Source: Eledone cirrhosa
Taxonomy: Eukaryota
Direction of reading: 5' to 3'
DNA length: 64,000 bases
NCBI GenBank assembly: GCA_964016885.1
Contig: OZ024757.1
Location: 12,834,001 to 12,898,000 of the forward strand
Below, piece by piece: positions 22,201 to 37,762 of the stretch. Position numbers and translations under genes: made by a program. Each line of letters starts with the position of its first letter. The first letter of the stretch is position 1. A model generated the notes under the pieces. It was not told the origin of the DNA, did not search any database, and saw only the letters and a program-made list of their open reading frames with translations.

Positions 22201-25200
22201 CATTAATTTTTTACGTTTTTTTTAGATTTCGAAAATGCTAACAATCAGAAAAACGTAAAAAGATTAATGCAGAAGTATATATTTCGACTATGAACTCACA
22301 TTCATTCTTTTTCGAAAAACCTAAAAAAATCAATATTTGAAATCAGATATAAATATTTATAAAAAAATTGATTATATAAGGTTTTCGAAAAAAATTAATA
22401 TGCGTTTTTCAAATTGCGTTTTTCGAAATATTAACTTCTGATTTCGAAAACTTATTTTTTTAGGTTTTTCGAAAAAAATTTAATCTGCAAAATTTGAAAC
22501 CAGAAAGTTTCGAAAGATTTGTAAAAGCATGTTTTTTTTACGTTTTCGAAACATGCAAAAAATCAGAAAAAGATTAATACAGAAGTATATATTTCGACTA
22601 TGAACTCACATTCATTCTTTTTCGAAAAACCTAAAAAAATTGATTATATAAGGTTTTCGAAAAACCTAAAAAAATCAATATTTGAAATCAGATATAAATA
22701 TTTATAAAAAAATTGATTATATAAGGTTTTCGAAAAAAATTAATATGCGTTTTTCAAATTGCGTTTTTCGAAATATTAACTTCTGATTTCGAAAACTTGT
22801 TTTTTTAGGTTTTTCGAAAAAAATTTAATCTGCAAAATTTGAAACCAGAAAGTTTCGAAAGATTTGTAAAAGCATGTTTTTTTTACGTTTTCGAAACATG
22901 CAAAAAATCAGAAAAAGATTAATACAGAAGTATATATTTCGACTATGAACTCACATTCATTCTTTTTCGAAAAACCTAAAAAAATTGATTATATAAGGTT
23001 TTCGAAAAACCTAAAAAAATCAATATTTGAAATCAGATATAAATATTTCTAAAAGTATAAAAAAAATTGATTATATAAGGTTTTCGAAAAAAAATTAATA
23101 TGCGTTTTTCAAATTGCGTTTTTCGAACTTCTGATTTCGAAAACTGATTTTTTTAGGTTTTTCGAAAAAAATTTAATCTGCAAAATTTGAAACCAGAAAG
23201 TAGATATTTCGAAAGATTTGTAAAAGCATTAATTTTTTACGTTTTTTATTAGATTTCGAAACATGCAAAATGTAAAAAGATTAATACAGAAACATGAAAA
23301 ATGTAAAAAGATTAATACAGAAGTATATATTTCGACTATGAACTCACATTCATTCTTTTTCGAAAAACCTAAAAAAATTGATTATATAAGGTTTTCGAAA
23401 AACCTAAAAAAATCAATATTTGAAATCAGATATAAATATTTATAAAAAAATTGATTATATAAGGTTTTCAAAAAAAATTAATATGCGTTTTTCAAATTGC
23501 GTTTTTCGAAATATTAACTTCTGATTTCGAAAACTTATTTTTTTAGGTTTTTCGAAAAAAATTTAATCTGCAAAATTTGAAACCAGAAAGTAAATATTTC
23601 GAAAGATTTGTAAAAGCATGTTTTTTTTACGTTTTCGAAACATGCAAAAAATCAGAAAAAGATTAATACAGAAGTATATATTTCGACTATGAACTCACAT
23701 TCATTCTTTTTCGAAAAACCTAAAAAAATCAATATTTGAAATCAGATATAAATATTTATAAAAAAATTGATTATATAAGGTTTTCGAAAAAAATTAATAT
23801 GCGTTTTTCAAATTGCGTTTTTCGAAATATTAACTTCTGATTTCGAAAACTTATTTTTTTAGGTTTTTCGAAAAAAATTTAATCTGCAAAATTTGAAACC
23901 AGAAAGTTTCGAAAAAAAATCAGAAAAAGATTAATACAGAATTATATATTTCGACTATGAACTCACATTCATTCTTTTTCGAAAAACCTAAAAAAATTGA
24001 TTATATAAGGTTTTCGAAAAACCTAAAAATATCAATATTTGAAATCAGATATAAATATTTATAAAAAAATTGATTATATAAGGTTTTCGAAAAAAAATTG
24101 ATATGCGTTTTTCAAATTGCGTTTTTCGAAATATTAACTTCTGATTTCGAAAACTGATTTTTTTAGGTTTTTCGAAAAAAATTTAATCTGCAAAATTTGA
24201 AACCAGAAAGTAGATATTTCGAAAGATTTGTAAAAGCATTAATTTTTTACGTTTTTTTTTAGATTTCGAAAATGCTAACAATCAGAAAAACGTAAAAAGA
24301 TTAATGCAGAAGTATATATTTCGACTATGAACTCACATTCATTCTTTTTCGAAAAACCTAAAAAAATTGATTATATAAGGTTTTCGAAAAACCTAAAAAA
24401 ATCAATATTTGAAATCAGATATAAATATTTCTAAAAGTATAAAAAAATTGATTATATAAAAAAATATTGATTATATAAAAAATATTGATTATATAAAAAA
24501 ATTATTTTTCGAAAAAAAATTAATATGCGTTTTTCAAGTTGCGTTTTTCGAAATATTAACTTCTGATTTCGAAAACTGAATTTTTTAGGTTTTTCGAAAA
24601 AAATTTAATCTGCAAAATTTGAAACCAGAAAGTAGATATTTCGAAAGATTTGTAAAAGCATTAATTTTTTACGTTTTTTTTTAGATTTCGAAACATGCAA
24701 AATGTAAAAAGATTAATACAGAAACATGAAAAATGTAAAAAGATTAATACAGAAGTATATATTTCGACTATGAACTCAGATTCATTCTTTTTCGAAAAAC
24801 CTAAAAAAATTGATTATATAAGGTTTTCGAAAAACCTAAAAAAATCAATATTTGAAATCAGATATAAATATTTATAAAAAAATTGATTATATAAGATTTT
24901 CAAAAAAAATTAATATGCGTTTTTCAAATTGCGTTTTTCGAAATATTAACTTCTGATTTCGAAAACTGATTTTTTTAGGTTTTTCGAAAAAAATTTAATC
25001 TACAAAATTTGAAATCAGAAAGTAAATATTTCGAAAGATTTGTAAAATCATTAATTTTTTACGTTTTTTTTAGATTTCGAAACATGCAAAAAATCAGAAA
25101 AACGTAAAAAGATTAATGCAAAAGTATATATTTCGACTATGAACACACATTCATTCTTTTTCGAAAAATATAAAAGTAATTGATTATATAAGATTTTTTT

Positions 25201-28200
25201 CGAAAAACCTCAAAAAATCAATGTTTAAAATCAGATATAAATATTTCTAAAAGTATAAAAAAATTGATTATATAAGGTTTTCGAAAAAAATTAATATGCG
25301 TTTTTCAAATTGCGTTTTTCGAAATATTAACTTCTGATTTCGAAAACTGATTTTTTTTGGTTTTTCGAAAAAAATTTAATCTGCAAAATTTGAAACCAGA
25401 AAGTAGATATTTCGAAAGATTTGTAAAAGCATTAATTTTTTACGTTTTTTTTAGATTTCGAAACATGCAAAATGTAAAAAGATTAATACAGAAACATGAA
25501 AAATGTAAAAAGATTAATACAGAAGTATATATTTCGACTATGAACTCAGATTCATTCTTTTTCGAAAAACCTAAAAAAATTGATTATATAAGGTTTTCGA
25601 AAAACCTAAAAAAATCAATATTTGAAATCAGATATAAATATTTCTAAAAGTATAAAAAAATTGATTATATAAGGTTTTCGAAAAAAAATTAATATGCGTT
25701 TTTCAAATTGCGTTTTTCGAACTTCTGATTTCGAAAACTGATTTTTTTAGGTTTTTCGAAAAAAATTTAATCTGCAAAATTTGAAACCAGAAAGTAAATA
25801 TTTCGAAAGATTTGTAAAAGCATGTTTTTTTTACGTTTTCGAAACATGCAAAAAATCAGAAAAAGATTAATACAGAAGTATATATTTCGACTATGAACTC
25901 ACATTCATTCTTTTTCGAAAAACCTAAAAAAATCAATATTTGAAATCAGATATAAATATTTATAAAAAAATTGATTATATAAGGTTTTCGAAAAAAATTA
26001 ATATGCGTTTTTCAAATTGCGTTTTTCGAAATATTAACTTCTGATTTCGAAAACTTATTTTTTTAGGTTTTTCGAAAAAAATTTAATCTGCAAAATTTGA
26101 AACCAGAAAGTTTCGAAAGATTTGTAAAAGCATGTTTTTTTTACGTTTTCGAAACATGCAAAAAATCAGAAAAAGATTAATACAGAAGTATATATTTCGA
26201 CTATGAACTCACATTCATTCTTTTTCGAAAAACCTAAAAAAATTGATTATATAAGGTTTTCGAAAAACCTAAAAAAATCAATATTTGAAATCAGATATAA
26301 ATATTTCTAAAAGTATAAAAAAATTGATTATATAAAAAAATATTGATTATATAAAAAATATTGATTATATAAAAAAATTATTTTTCGAAAAAAAATTAAT
26401 ATGCGTTTTTCAAATTGCGTTTTTAGAAATATTAACTTCTGATTTCGAAAACTGAATTTTTTAGGTTTTTCGAAAAAAATTTAATCTGCAAAATTTGAAA
26501 CCAGAAAGTAGATATTTCGAAAGATTTGTAAAAGCATTAATTTTTTACGTTTTTTTTTAGATTTCGAAACATGCAAAATGTAAAAAGATTAATACAGAAA
26601 CATGAAAAATGTAAAAAGATTAATACAGAAGTATATATTTCGACTATGAACTCAGATTCATTCTTTTTCGAAAAACCTAAAAAAATTGATTATATAAGGT
26701 TTTCGAAAAACCTAAAAATATCAATATTTGAAATCAGATATAAATATTTATAAAAAAATTGATTATATAAGGTTTTCGAAAAAAAATTAATATGCGTTTT
26801 TCAAATTGCGTTTTTCGAAATATTAACTTCTGATTTCGAAAACTGATTTTTTTAGGTTTTTCGAAAAAAATTTAATCTGCAAAATTTGAAACCAGAAAGT
26901 AGATATTTCGAAAGATTTGTAAAAGCATTAATTTTTTACGTTTTTTTTAGATTTCGAAAATGCTAACAATCAGAAAAACGTAAAAAGATTAATGCAGAAG
27001 TATATATTTCGACTATGAACTCACATTCATTCTTTTTCGAAAAACCTAAAAAAATTGATTATATAAGGTTTTCGAAAAACCTAAAAAAATCAATATTTGA
27101 AATCAGATATAAATATTTCTAAAAGTATAAAAAAATTGATTATATAAAAAAATATTGATTATATAAAAAATATTGATTATATAAAAAAATTATTTTTCGA
27201 AAAAAAATTAATATGCGTTTTTCAAGTTGCGTTTTTCGAAATATTAACTTCTGATTTCGAAAACTGAATTTTTTAGGTTTTTCGAAAAAAATTTAATCTG
27301 CAAAATTTGAAACCAGAAAGTAGATATTTCGAAAGATTTGTAAAAGCATTAATTTTTTACGTTTTTTTTTAGATTTCGAAACATGCAAAATGTAAAAAGA
27401 TTAATACAGAAACATGAAAAATGTAAAAAGATTAATACAGAAGTATATATTTCGACTATGAACTCAGATTCATTCTTTTTCGAAAAACCTAAAAAAATTG
27501 ATTATATAAGGTTTTCGAAAAACCTAAAAAAATCAATATTTGAAATCAGATATAAATATTTATAAAAAAATTGATTATATAAGGTTTTCAAAAAAAATTA
27601 ATATGCGTTTTTCAAATTGCGTTTTTCGAAATATTAACTTCTGATTTCGAAAACTTATTTTTTTAGGTTTTTCGAAAAAAATTTAATCTGCAAAATTTGA
27701 AACCAGAAAGTAAATATTTCGAAAGATTTGTAAAAGCATGTTTTTTTTACGTTTTCGAAACATGCAAAAAATCAGAAAAAGATTAATACAGAAGTATATA
27801 TTTCGACTATGAACTCACATTCATTCTTTTTCGAAAAAACCTAAAAAAATCAATATTTGAAATCAGATATAAATATTTATAAAAAAATTGATTATATAAG
27901 GTTTTCGAAAAAAATTAATATGCGTTTTTCAAATTGCGTTTTTCGAAATATTAACTTCTGATTTCGAAAACTTATTTTTTTAGGTTTTTCGAAAAAAATT
28001 TAATCTGCAAAATTTGAAACCAGAAAGTTTCGAAAGATTTGTAAAAGCATGTTTTTTTTACGTTTTCGAAACATGCAAAAAATCAGAAAAAGATTAATAC
28101 AGAAGTATATATTTCGACTATGAACTCACATTCATTCTTTTTCGAAAAACCTAAAAAAATTGATTATATAAGGTTTTCGAAAAACCTAAAAAAATCAATA

Positions 28201-31200
28201 TTTGAAATCAGATATAAATATTTATAAAAAAATTGATTATATAAGGTTTTCGAAAAAAATTAATATGCGTTTTTCAAATTGCGTTTTTCGAAATATTAAC
28301 TTCTGATTTCGAAAACTTATTTTTTTAGGTTTTTCGAAAAAAATTTAATCTGAAAAATTTGAAACCAGAAAGTAGATATTTCGAAAGATTTGTAAAAGCA
28401 TTAATTTTTTACGTTTTTTTTTAGATTTCGAAACATGCAAAATGTAAAAAGATTAATACAGAAACATGAAAAATGTAAAAAGATTAATACAGAAGTATAT
28501 ATTTCGACTATGAACTCACATTCATTCTTTTTCGAAAAACCTAAAAAAATTGATTATATAAGGTTTTCGAAAAACCTAAAAAAATCAATATTTGAAATCA
28601 GATATAAATATTTATAAAAAAATTGATTATATAAGGTTTTCAAAAAAAATTAATATGCGTTTTTCAAATTGCGTTTTTCGAAATATTAACTTCTGATTTC
28701 GAAAACTTATTTTTTTAGGTTTTTCGAAAAAAATTTAATCTGCAAAATTTGAAACCAGAAAGTAAATATTTCGAAAGATTTGTAAAAGCATGTTTTTTTT
28801 ACGTTTTCGAAACATGCAAAAAATCAGAAAAAGATTAATACAGAAGTATATATTTCGACTATGAACTCACATTCATTCTTTTTCGAAAAACCTAAAAAAA
28901 TCAATATTTGAAATCAGATATAAATATTTATAAAAAAATTGATTATATAAGGTTTTCGAAAAAAATTAATATGCGTTTTTCAAATTGCGTTTTTCGAAAT
29001 ATTAACTTCTGATTTCGAAAACTTATTTTTTTAGGTTTTTCGAAAAAAATTTAAACTGCAAAATTTGAAACCAGAAAGTTTCGAAAGATTTGTAAAAGCA
29101 TGTTTTTTTTACGTTTTCGAAACATGCAAAAAATCAGAAAAAGATTAATACAGAAGTATATATTTCGACTATGAACTCACATTCATTCTTTTTCGAAAAA
29201 CCTAAAAAAATTGATTATATAAGGTTTTCGAAAAACCTAAAAAAATCAATATTTGAAATCAGATATAAATATTTATAAAAAAATTGATTATATAAGGTTT
29301 TCGAAAAAAATTAATATGCGTTTTTCAAATTGCGTTTTTCGAAATATTAACTTCTGATTTCGAAAACTTATTTTTTTAGGTTTTTCGAAAAAAATTTAAT
29401 CTGCAAAATTTGAAACCAGAAAGTAGATATTTCGAAAGATTTGTAAAAGCATTAATTTTTTACGTTTTTTTTTAGATTTCGAAACATGCAAAATGTAAAA
29501 AGATTAATACAGAAACATGAAAAATGTAAAAAGATTAATACAGAAGTATATATTTCGACTATGAACTCAGATTCATTCTTTTTCGAAAAACCTAAAAAAA
29601 TTGATTATATAAGGTTTTCGAAAAACCTAAAAAAATCAATATTTGAAATCAGATATAAATATTTATAAAAAAATTGATTATATAAGGTTTTCAAAAAAAA
29701 TTAATATGCGTTTTTCAAATTGCGTTTTTCGAAATATTAACTTCTGATTTCGAAAACTTATTTTTTTAGGTTTTTCGAAAAAAATTTAATCTGCAAAATT
29801 TGAAACCAGAAAGTAGATATTTCGAAAGATTTGTAAAAGCATTAATTTTTTACGTTTTTTTTTAGATTTCGAAACATGCAAAATGTAAAAAGATTAATAC
29901 AGAAACATGAAAAATGTAAAAAGATTAATACAGAAGTATATATTTCGACTATGAACTCAGATTCATTCTTTTTCGAAAAACCTAAAAAAATTGATTATAT
30001 AAGGTTTTCGAAAAACCTAAAAAAATCAATATTTGAAATCAGATATAAATATTTATAAAAAAATTGATTATATAAGGTTTTCAAAAAAAATTAATATGCG
30101 TTTTTCAAATTGCGTTTTTCGAAATATTAACTTCTGATTTCGAAAACTTATTTTTTTAGGTTTTTCGAAAAAAATTTAATCTGCAAAATTTGAAACCAGA
30201 AAGTAAATATTTCGAAAGATTTGTAAAAGCATGTTTTTTTTACGTTTTCGAAACATGCAAAAAATCAGAAAAAGATTAATACAGAAGTATATATTTCGAC
30301 TATGAACTCACATTCATTCTTTTTCGAAAAAACCTAAAAAAATCAATATTTGAAATCAGATATAAATATTTATAAAAAAATTGATTATATAAGGTTTTCG
30401 AAAAAAATTAATATGCGTTTTTCAAATTGCGTTTTTCGAAATATTAACTTCTGATTTCGAAAACTTATTTTTTTAGGTTTTTCGAAAAAAATTTAATCTG
30501 CAAAATTTGAAACCAGAAAGTTTCGAAAGATTTGTAAAAGCATGTTTTTTTTACGTTTTCGAAACATGCAAAAAATCAGAAAAAGATTAATACAGAAGTA
30601 TATATTTCGACTATGAACTCACATTCATTCTTTTTCGAAAAACCTAAAAAAATTGATTATATAAGGTTTTCGAAAAACCTAAAAAAATCAATATTTGAAA
30701 TCAGATATAAATATTTATAAAAAAATTGATTATATAAGGTTTTCGAAAAAAATTAATATGCGTTTTTCAAATTGCGTTTTTCGAAATATTAACTTCTGAT
30801 TTCGAAAACTTATTTTTTTAGGTTTTTCGAAAAAAATTTAATCTGAAAAATTTGAAACCAGAAAGTAGATATTTCGAAAGATTTGTAAAAGCATTAATTT
30901 TTTACGTTTTTTTTTAGATTTCGAAACATGCAAAATGTAAAAAGATTAATACAGAAACATGAAAAATGTAAAAAGATTAATACAGAAGTATATATTTCGA
31001 CTATGAACTCACATTCATTCTTTTTCGAAAAACCTAAAAAAATTGATTATATAAGGTTTTCGAAAAACCTAAAAAAATCAATATTTGAAATCAGATATAA
31101 ATATTTATAAAAAAATTGATTATATAAGGTTTTCAAAAAAAATTAATATGCGTTTTTCAAATTGCGTTTTTCGAAATATTAACTTCTGATTTCGAAAACT

Positions 31201-34200
31201 TATTTTTTTAGGTTTTTCGAAAAAAATTTAATCTGCAAAATTTGAAACCAGAAAGTAAATATTTCGAAAGATTTGTAAAAGCATGTTTTTTTTACGTTTT
31301 CGAAACATGCAAAAAATCAGAAAAAGATTAATACAGAAGTATATATTTCGACTATGAACTCACATTCATTCTTTTTCGAAAAACCTAAAAAAATCAATAT
31401 TTGAAATCAGATATAAATATTTATAAAAAAATTGATTATATAAGGTTTTCGAAAAAAATTAATATGCGTTTTTCAAATTGCGTTTTTCGAAATATTAACT
31501 TCTGATTTCGAAAACTTATTTTTTTAGGTTTTTCGAAAAAAATTTAATCTGCAAAATTTGAAACCAGAAAGTTTCGAAAGATTTGTAAAAGCATGTTTTT
31601 TTTACGTTTTCGAAACATGCAAAAAATCAGAAAAAGATTAATACAGAAGTATATATTTCGACTATGAACTCACATTCATTCTTTTTCGAAAAACCTAAAA
31701 AAATTGATTATATAAGGTTTTCGAAAAACCTAAAAAAATCAATATTTGAAATCAGATATAAATATTTATAAAAAAATTGATTATATAAGGTTTTCGAAAA
31801 AAATTAATATGCGTTTTTCAAATTGCGTTTTTCGAAATATTAACTTCTGATTTCGAAAACTTATTTTTTTAGGTTTTTCGAAAAAAATTTAATCTGCAAA
31901 ATTTGAAACCAGAAAGTAGATATTTCGAAAGATTTGTAAAAGCATTAATTTTTTACGTTTTTTTTTAGATTTCGAAACATGCAAAATGTAAAAAGATTAA
32001 TACAGAAACATGAAAAATGTAAAAAGATTAATACAGAAGTATATATTTCGACTATGAACTCAGATTCATTCTTTTTCGAAAAACCTAAAAAAATTGATTA
32101 TATAAGGTTTTCGAAAAACCTAAAAAAATCAATATTTGAAATCAGATATAAATATTTATAAAAAAATTGATTATATAAGGTTTTCAAAAAAAATTAATAT
32201 GCGTTTTTCAAATTGCGTTTTTCGAAATATTAACTTCTGATTTCGAAAACTTATTTTTTTAGGTTTTTCGAAAAAAATTTAATCTGCAAAATTTGAAACC
32301 AGAAAGTAGATATTTCGAAAGATTTGTAAAAGCATTAATTTTTTACGTTTTTTTTTAGATTTCGAAACATGCAAAATGTAAAAAGATTAATACAGAAACA
32401 TGAAAAATGTAAAAAGATTAATACAGAAGTATATATTTCGACTATGAACTCAGATTCATTCTTTTTCGAAAAACCTAAAAAAATTGATTATATAAGGTTT
32501 TCGAAAAACCTAAAAATATCAATATTTGAAATCAGATATAAATATTTATAAAAAAAATTGATTATATAAGGTTTTCGAAAAAAAATTAATATGCGTTTTT
32601 CAAATTGCGTTTTTCGAAATATTAACTTCTGATTTCGAAAACTGATTTTTTTAGGTTTTTCGAAAAAAATTTAATCTGCAAAATTTGAAACCAGAAAGTA
32701 GATATTTCGAAAGATTTGTAAAAGCATTAATTTTTTACTTTTTTTTAGATTTCGAAAATGCTAACAATCAGAAAAACGTAAAAAGATTAATGCAGAAGTA
32801 TATATTTCGACTATGAACTCACATTCATTCTTTTTCGAAAAACCTAAAAAAATTGATTATATAAGGTTTTCGAAAAACCTAAAAAAATCAATATTTGAAA
32901 TCAGATATAAATATTTCTAAAAGTATAAAAAAATTGATTATATAAAAAAATATTGATTATATAAAAAATATTGATTATATAAAAAAATTATTTTTCGAAA
33001 AAAAATTAATATGCGTTATTCAAGTTGCGTTTTTCGAAATATAAACTTCTGATTTCGAAAACTTATTTTTTCAGGTTTTTCGAAAAAAATTTAATCTGCA
33101 AAATTTGAAACCAGAAAGTAAATATTTCGAAAGATTTGTAAAAGCATGTTTTTTTTACGTTTTCGAAACATGCAAAAAATCAGAAAAAGATTAATACAGA
33201 AGTATATATTTCGACTATGAACTCACATTCATTCTTTTTCGAAAAACCTAAAAAAATCAATATTTGAAATCAGATATAAATATTTATAAAAAAATTGATT
33301 ATATAAGGTTTTCGAAAAAAATTAATATGCGTTTTTCAAATTGCGTTTTTCGAAATATTAACTTCTGATTTCGAAAACTTATTTTTTTAGGTTTTTCGAA
33401 AAAAATTTAATCTGCAAAATTTGAAACCAGAAAGTAGATATTTCGAAAGATTTGTAAAATCATTAATTTTTTACGTTTTTTTTTAGATTTCGAAACATGC
33501 AAAATGTAAAAAGATTAATACAGAAACATGAAAAATGTAAAAAGATTAATACAGAAGTATATATTTCGACTATGAACTCAGATTCATTCTTTTTCGAAAA
33601 ACCTAAAAAAATTGATTATATAAGGTTTTCGAAAAACCTAAAAATATCAATATTTGAAATCAGATATAAATATTTATAAAAAAATTGATTATCGAAAAAA
33701 AATTAATATGCCTTTTTCAAATTGCGTTTTTCGAAATATTAACTTCTGATTTCGAAAACTGATTTTTTTAGGTTTTTCGAAAAAAATTTAATCTGCAAAA
33801 TTTGAAACCAGAAAGTAGATATTTCGAAAGATTTGTAAAAGCATTAATTTTTTACGTTTTTTTTAGATTTCGAAAATGCTAACAATCAGAAAAACGTAAA
33901 AAGATTAATGCAGAAGTATATATTTCGACTATGAACTCACATTCATTCTTTTTCGAAAAACCTAAAAAAATCAATATTTGAAATCAGATATAAATATTTA
34001 TAAAAAAATTGATTATATAAGGTTTTCGAAAAAAATTAATATGCGTTTTTCAAATTGCGTTTTTCGAAATATTAACTTCTGATTTCGAAAACTTATTTTT
34101 TTAGGTTTTTCGAAAAAAATTTAATCTGCAAAATTTGAAACCAGAAAGTTTCGAAAGATTTGTAAAAGCATGTTTTTTTTACGTTTTCGAAACATGCAAA

Positions 34201-36605
34201 AAATCAGAAAAAGATTAATACAGAAGTATATATTTCGACTATGAACTCACATTCATTCTTTTTCGAAAAACCTAAAAAAATTGATTATATAAGGTTTTCG
34301 AAAAACCTAAAAAAATCAATATTTGAAATCAGATATAAATATTTATAAAAAAATTGATTATATAAGGTTTTCGAAAAAAATTAATATGCGTTTTTCAAAT
34401 TGCGTTTTTCGAAATATTAACTTCTGATTTCGAAAACTTGTTTTTTTAGGTTTTTCGAAAAAAATTTAATCTGCAAAATTTGAAACCAGAAAGTTTCGAA
34501 AGATTTGTAAAAGCATGTTTTTTTTACGTTTTCGAAACATGCAAAAAATCAGAAAAAGATTAATACAGAAGTATATATTTCGACTATGAACTCACATTCA
34601 TTCTTTTTCGAAAAACCTAAAAAAATTGATTATATAAGGTTTTCGAAAAACCTAAAAAAATCAATATTTGAAATCAGATATAAATATTTCTAAAAGTATA
34701 AAAAAAATTGATTATATAAGGTTTTCGAAAAAAAATTAATATGCGTTTTTCAAATTGCGTTTTTCGAACTTCTGATTTCGAAAACTGATTTTTTTAGGTT
34801 TTTCGAAAAAAATTTAATCTGCAAAATTTGAAACCAGAAAGTAGATATTTCGAAAGATTTGTAAAAGCATTAATTTTTTACGTTTTTTATTAGATTTCGA
34901 AACATGCAAAATGTAAAAAGATTAATACAGAAACATGAAAAATGTAAAAAGATTAATACAGAAGTATATATTTCGACTATGAACTCACATTCATTCTTTT
35001 TCGAAAAACCTAAAAAAATTGATTATATAAGGTTTTCGAAAAACCTAAAAAAATCAATATTTGAAATCAGATATAAATATTTATAAAAAAATTGATTATA
35101 TAAGGTTTTCAAAAAAAATTAATATGCGTTTTTCAAATTGCGTTTTTCGAAATATTAACTTCTGATTTCGAAAACTTATTTTTTTAGGTTTTTCGAAAAA
35201 AATTTAATCTGCAAAATTTGAAACCAGAAAGTAAATATTTCGAAAGATTTGTAAAAGCATGTTTTTTTTACGTTTTCGAAACATGCAAAAAATCAGAAAA
35301 AGATTAATACAGAAGTATATATTTCGACTATGAACTCACATTCATTCTTTTTCGAAAAACCTAAAAAAATCAATATTTGAAATCAGATATAAATATTTAT
35401 AAAAAAATTGATTATATAAGGTTTTCGAAAAAAATTAATATGCGTTTTTCAAATTGCGTTTTTCGAAATATTAACTTCTGATTTCGAAAACTTATTTTTT
35501 TAGGTTTTTCGAAAAAAATTTAATCTGCAAAATTTGAAACCAGAAAGTTTCGAAAAAAAATCAGAAAAAGATTAATACAGAATTATATATTTCGACTATG
35601 AACTCACATTCATTCTTTTTCGAAAAACCTAAAAAAATTGATTATATAAGGTTTTCGAAAAACCTAAAAATATCAATATTTGAAATCAGATATAAATATT
35701 TATAAAAAAATTGATTATATAAGGTTTTCGAAAAAAAATTGATATGCGTTTTTCAAATTGCGTTTTTCGAAATATTAACTTCTGATTTCGAAAACTGATT
35801 TTTTTAGGTTTTTCGAAAAAAATTTAATCTGCAAAATTTGAAACCAGAAAGTAGATATTTCGAAAGATTTGTAAAAGCATTAATTTTTTACGTTTTTTTT
35901 TAGATTTCGAAAATGCTAACAATCAGAAAAACGTAAAAAGATTAATGCAGAAGTATATATTTCGACTATGAACTCACATTCATTCTTTTTCGAAAAACCT
36001 AAAAAAATTGATTATATAAGGTTTTCGAAAAACCTAAAAAAATCAATATTTGAAATCAGATATAAATATTTCTAAAAGTATAAAAAAATTGATTATATAA
36101 AAAAATATTGATTATATAAAAAATATTGATTATATAAAAAAATTATTTTTCGAAAAAAAATTAATATGCGTTTTTCAAGTTGCGTTTTTCGAAATATTAA
36201 CTTCTGATTTCGAAAACTGAATTTTTTAGGTTTTTCGAAAAAAATTTAATCTGCAAAATTTGAAACCAGAAAGTAGATATTTCGAAAGATTTGTAAAAGC
36301 ATTAATTTTTTACGTTTTTTTTTAGATTTCGAAACATGCAAAATGTAAAAAGATTAATACAGAAACATGAAAAATGTAAAAAGATTAATACAGAAGTATA
36401 TATTTCGACTATGAACTCAGATTCATTCTTTTTCGAAAAACCTAAAAAAATTGATTATATAAGGTTTTCGAAAAACCTAAAAAAATCAATATTTGAAATC
36501 AGATATAAATATTTATAAAAAAATTGATTATATAAGATTTTCAAAAAAAATTAATATGCGTTTTTCAAATTGCGTTTTTCGAAATATTAACTTCTGATTT
36601 CGAAA
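13270..36605 (+). repeat. two tandem copies of an 11,641-bp (32-monomer) super-repeat
   Basis: All 12 ORF landmarks from 13716 to 24695 recur at +11,641, as do private variants (aatctacaaaa 13361/25002; taaactgc 17411/29052; G at 24100/35741). Confidence 0.93.
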
Positions 36606-37762
36606 ACTTATTTTTTTAGGTTTTTCGAAAAAAATTTAATCTGCAAAATTTGAAACCAGAAAGTAAATATTTCGAAAGATTTGTAAAAGCATGTTTTTTT
36701 TACGTTTTCGAAACATGCAAAAAATCAGAAAAAGATTAATACAGAAGTATATATTTCGACTATGAACTCACATTCATTCTTTTTCGAAAAACCTAAAAAA
36801 ATCAATATTTGAAATCAGATATAAATATTTATAAAAAAATTGATTATATAAGGTTTTCGAAAAAAATTAATATGCGTTTTTCAAATTGCGTTTTTCGAAA
36901 TATTAACTTCTGATTTCGAAAACTTATTTTTTTAGGTTTTTCGAAAAAAATTTAATCTGCAAAATTTGAAACCAGAAAGTTTCGAAAGATTTGTAAAAGC
37001 ATGTTTTTTTTACGTTTTCGAAACATGCAAAAAATCAGAAAAAGATTAATACAGAAGTATATATTTCGACTATGAACTCAGATTCATTCTTTTTCGAAAA
37101 ACCTAAAAAAATTGATTATATAAGGTTTTCGAAAAACCTAAAAAAATCAATATTTGAAATCAGATATAAATATTTCTAAAAGTATAAAAAAAATTGATTA
37201 TATAAGGTTTTCGAAAAAAAATTAATATGCGTTTTTCAAATTGCGTTTTTCGAACTTCTGATTTCGAAAACTGATTTTTTTAGGTTTTTCGAAAAAAATT
37301 TAATCTGCAAAATTTGAAACCAGAAAGTAAATATTTCGAAAGATTTGTAAAAGCATGTTTTTTGTACGTTTTCGAAACATGCAAAAAATCAGAAAAAGAT
37401 TAATATATTTCGACTATGAACTCACATTCATTCTTTTTCGAAAAACCTAAAAAAATCAATATTTGAAATCAGATATAAATATTTATAAAAAAATTGATTA
37501 TATAAGGTTTTCGAAAAAAATTAATATGCGTTTTTCAAATTGCGTTTTTCGAAATATTAACTTCTGATTTCGAAAACTTATTTTTTTAGGTTTTTCGAAA
37601 AAAATTTAATCTGCAAAATTTGAAACCAGTAAGTTTCGAAAGATTTGTAAAAGCATGTTTTTTTTACGTTTTCGAAACATGCAAAAAATCAGAAAAAGAT
37701 TAATACAGAAGTATATATTTCGACTATGAACTCACATTCATTCTTTTTTGAAAAACCTAAAA

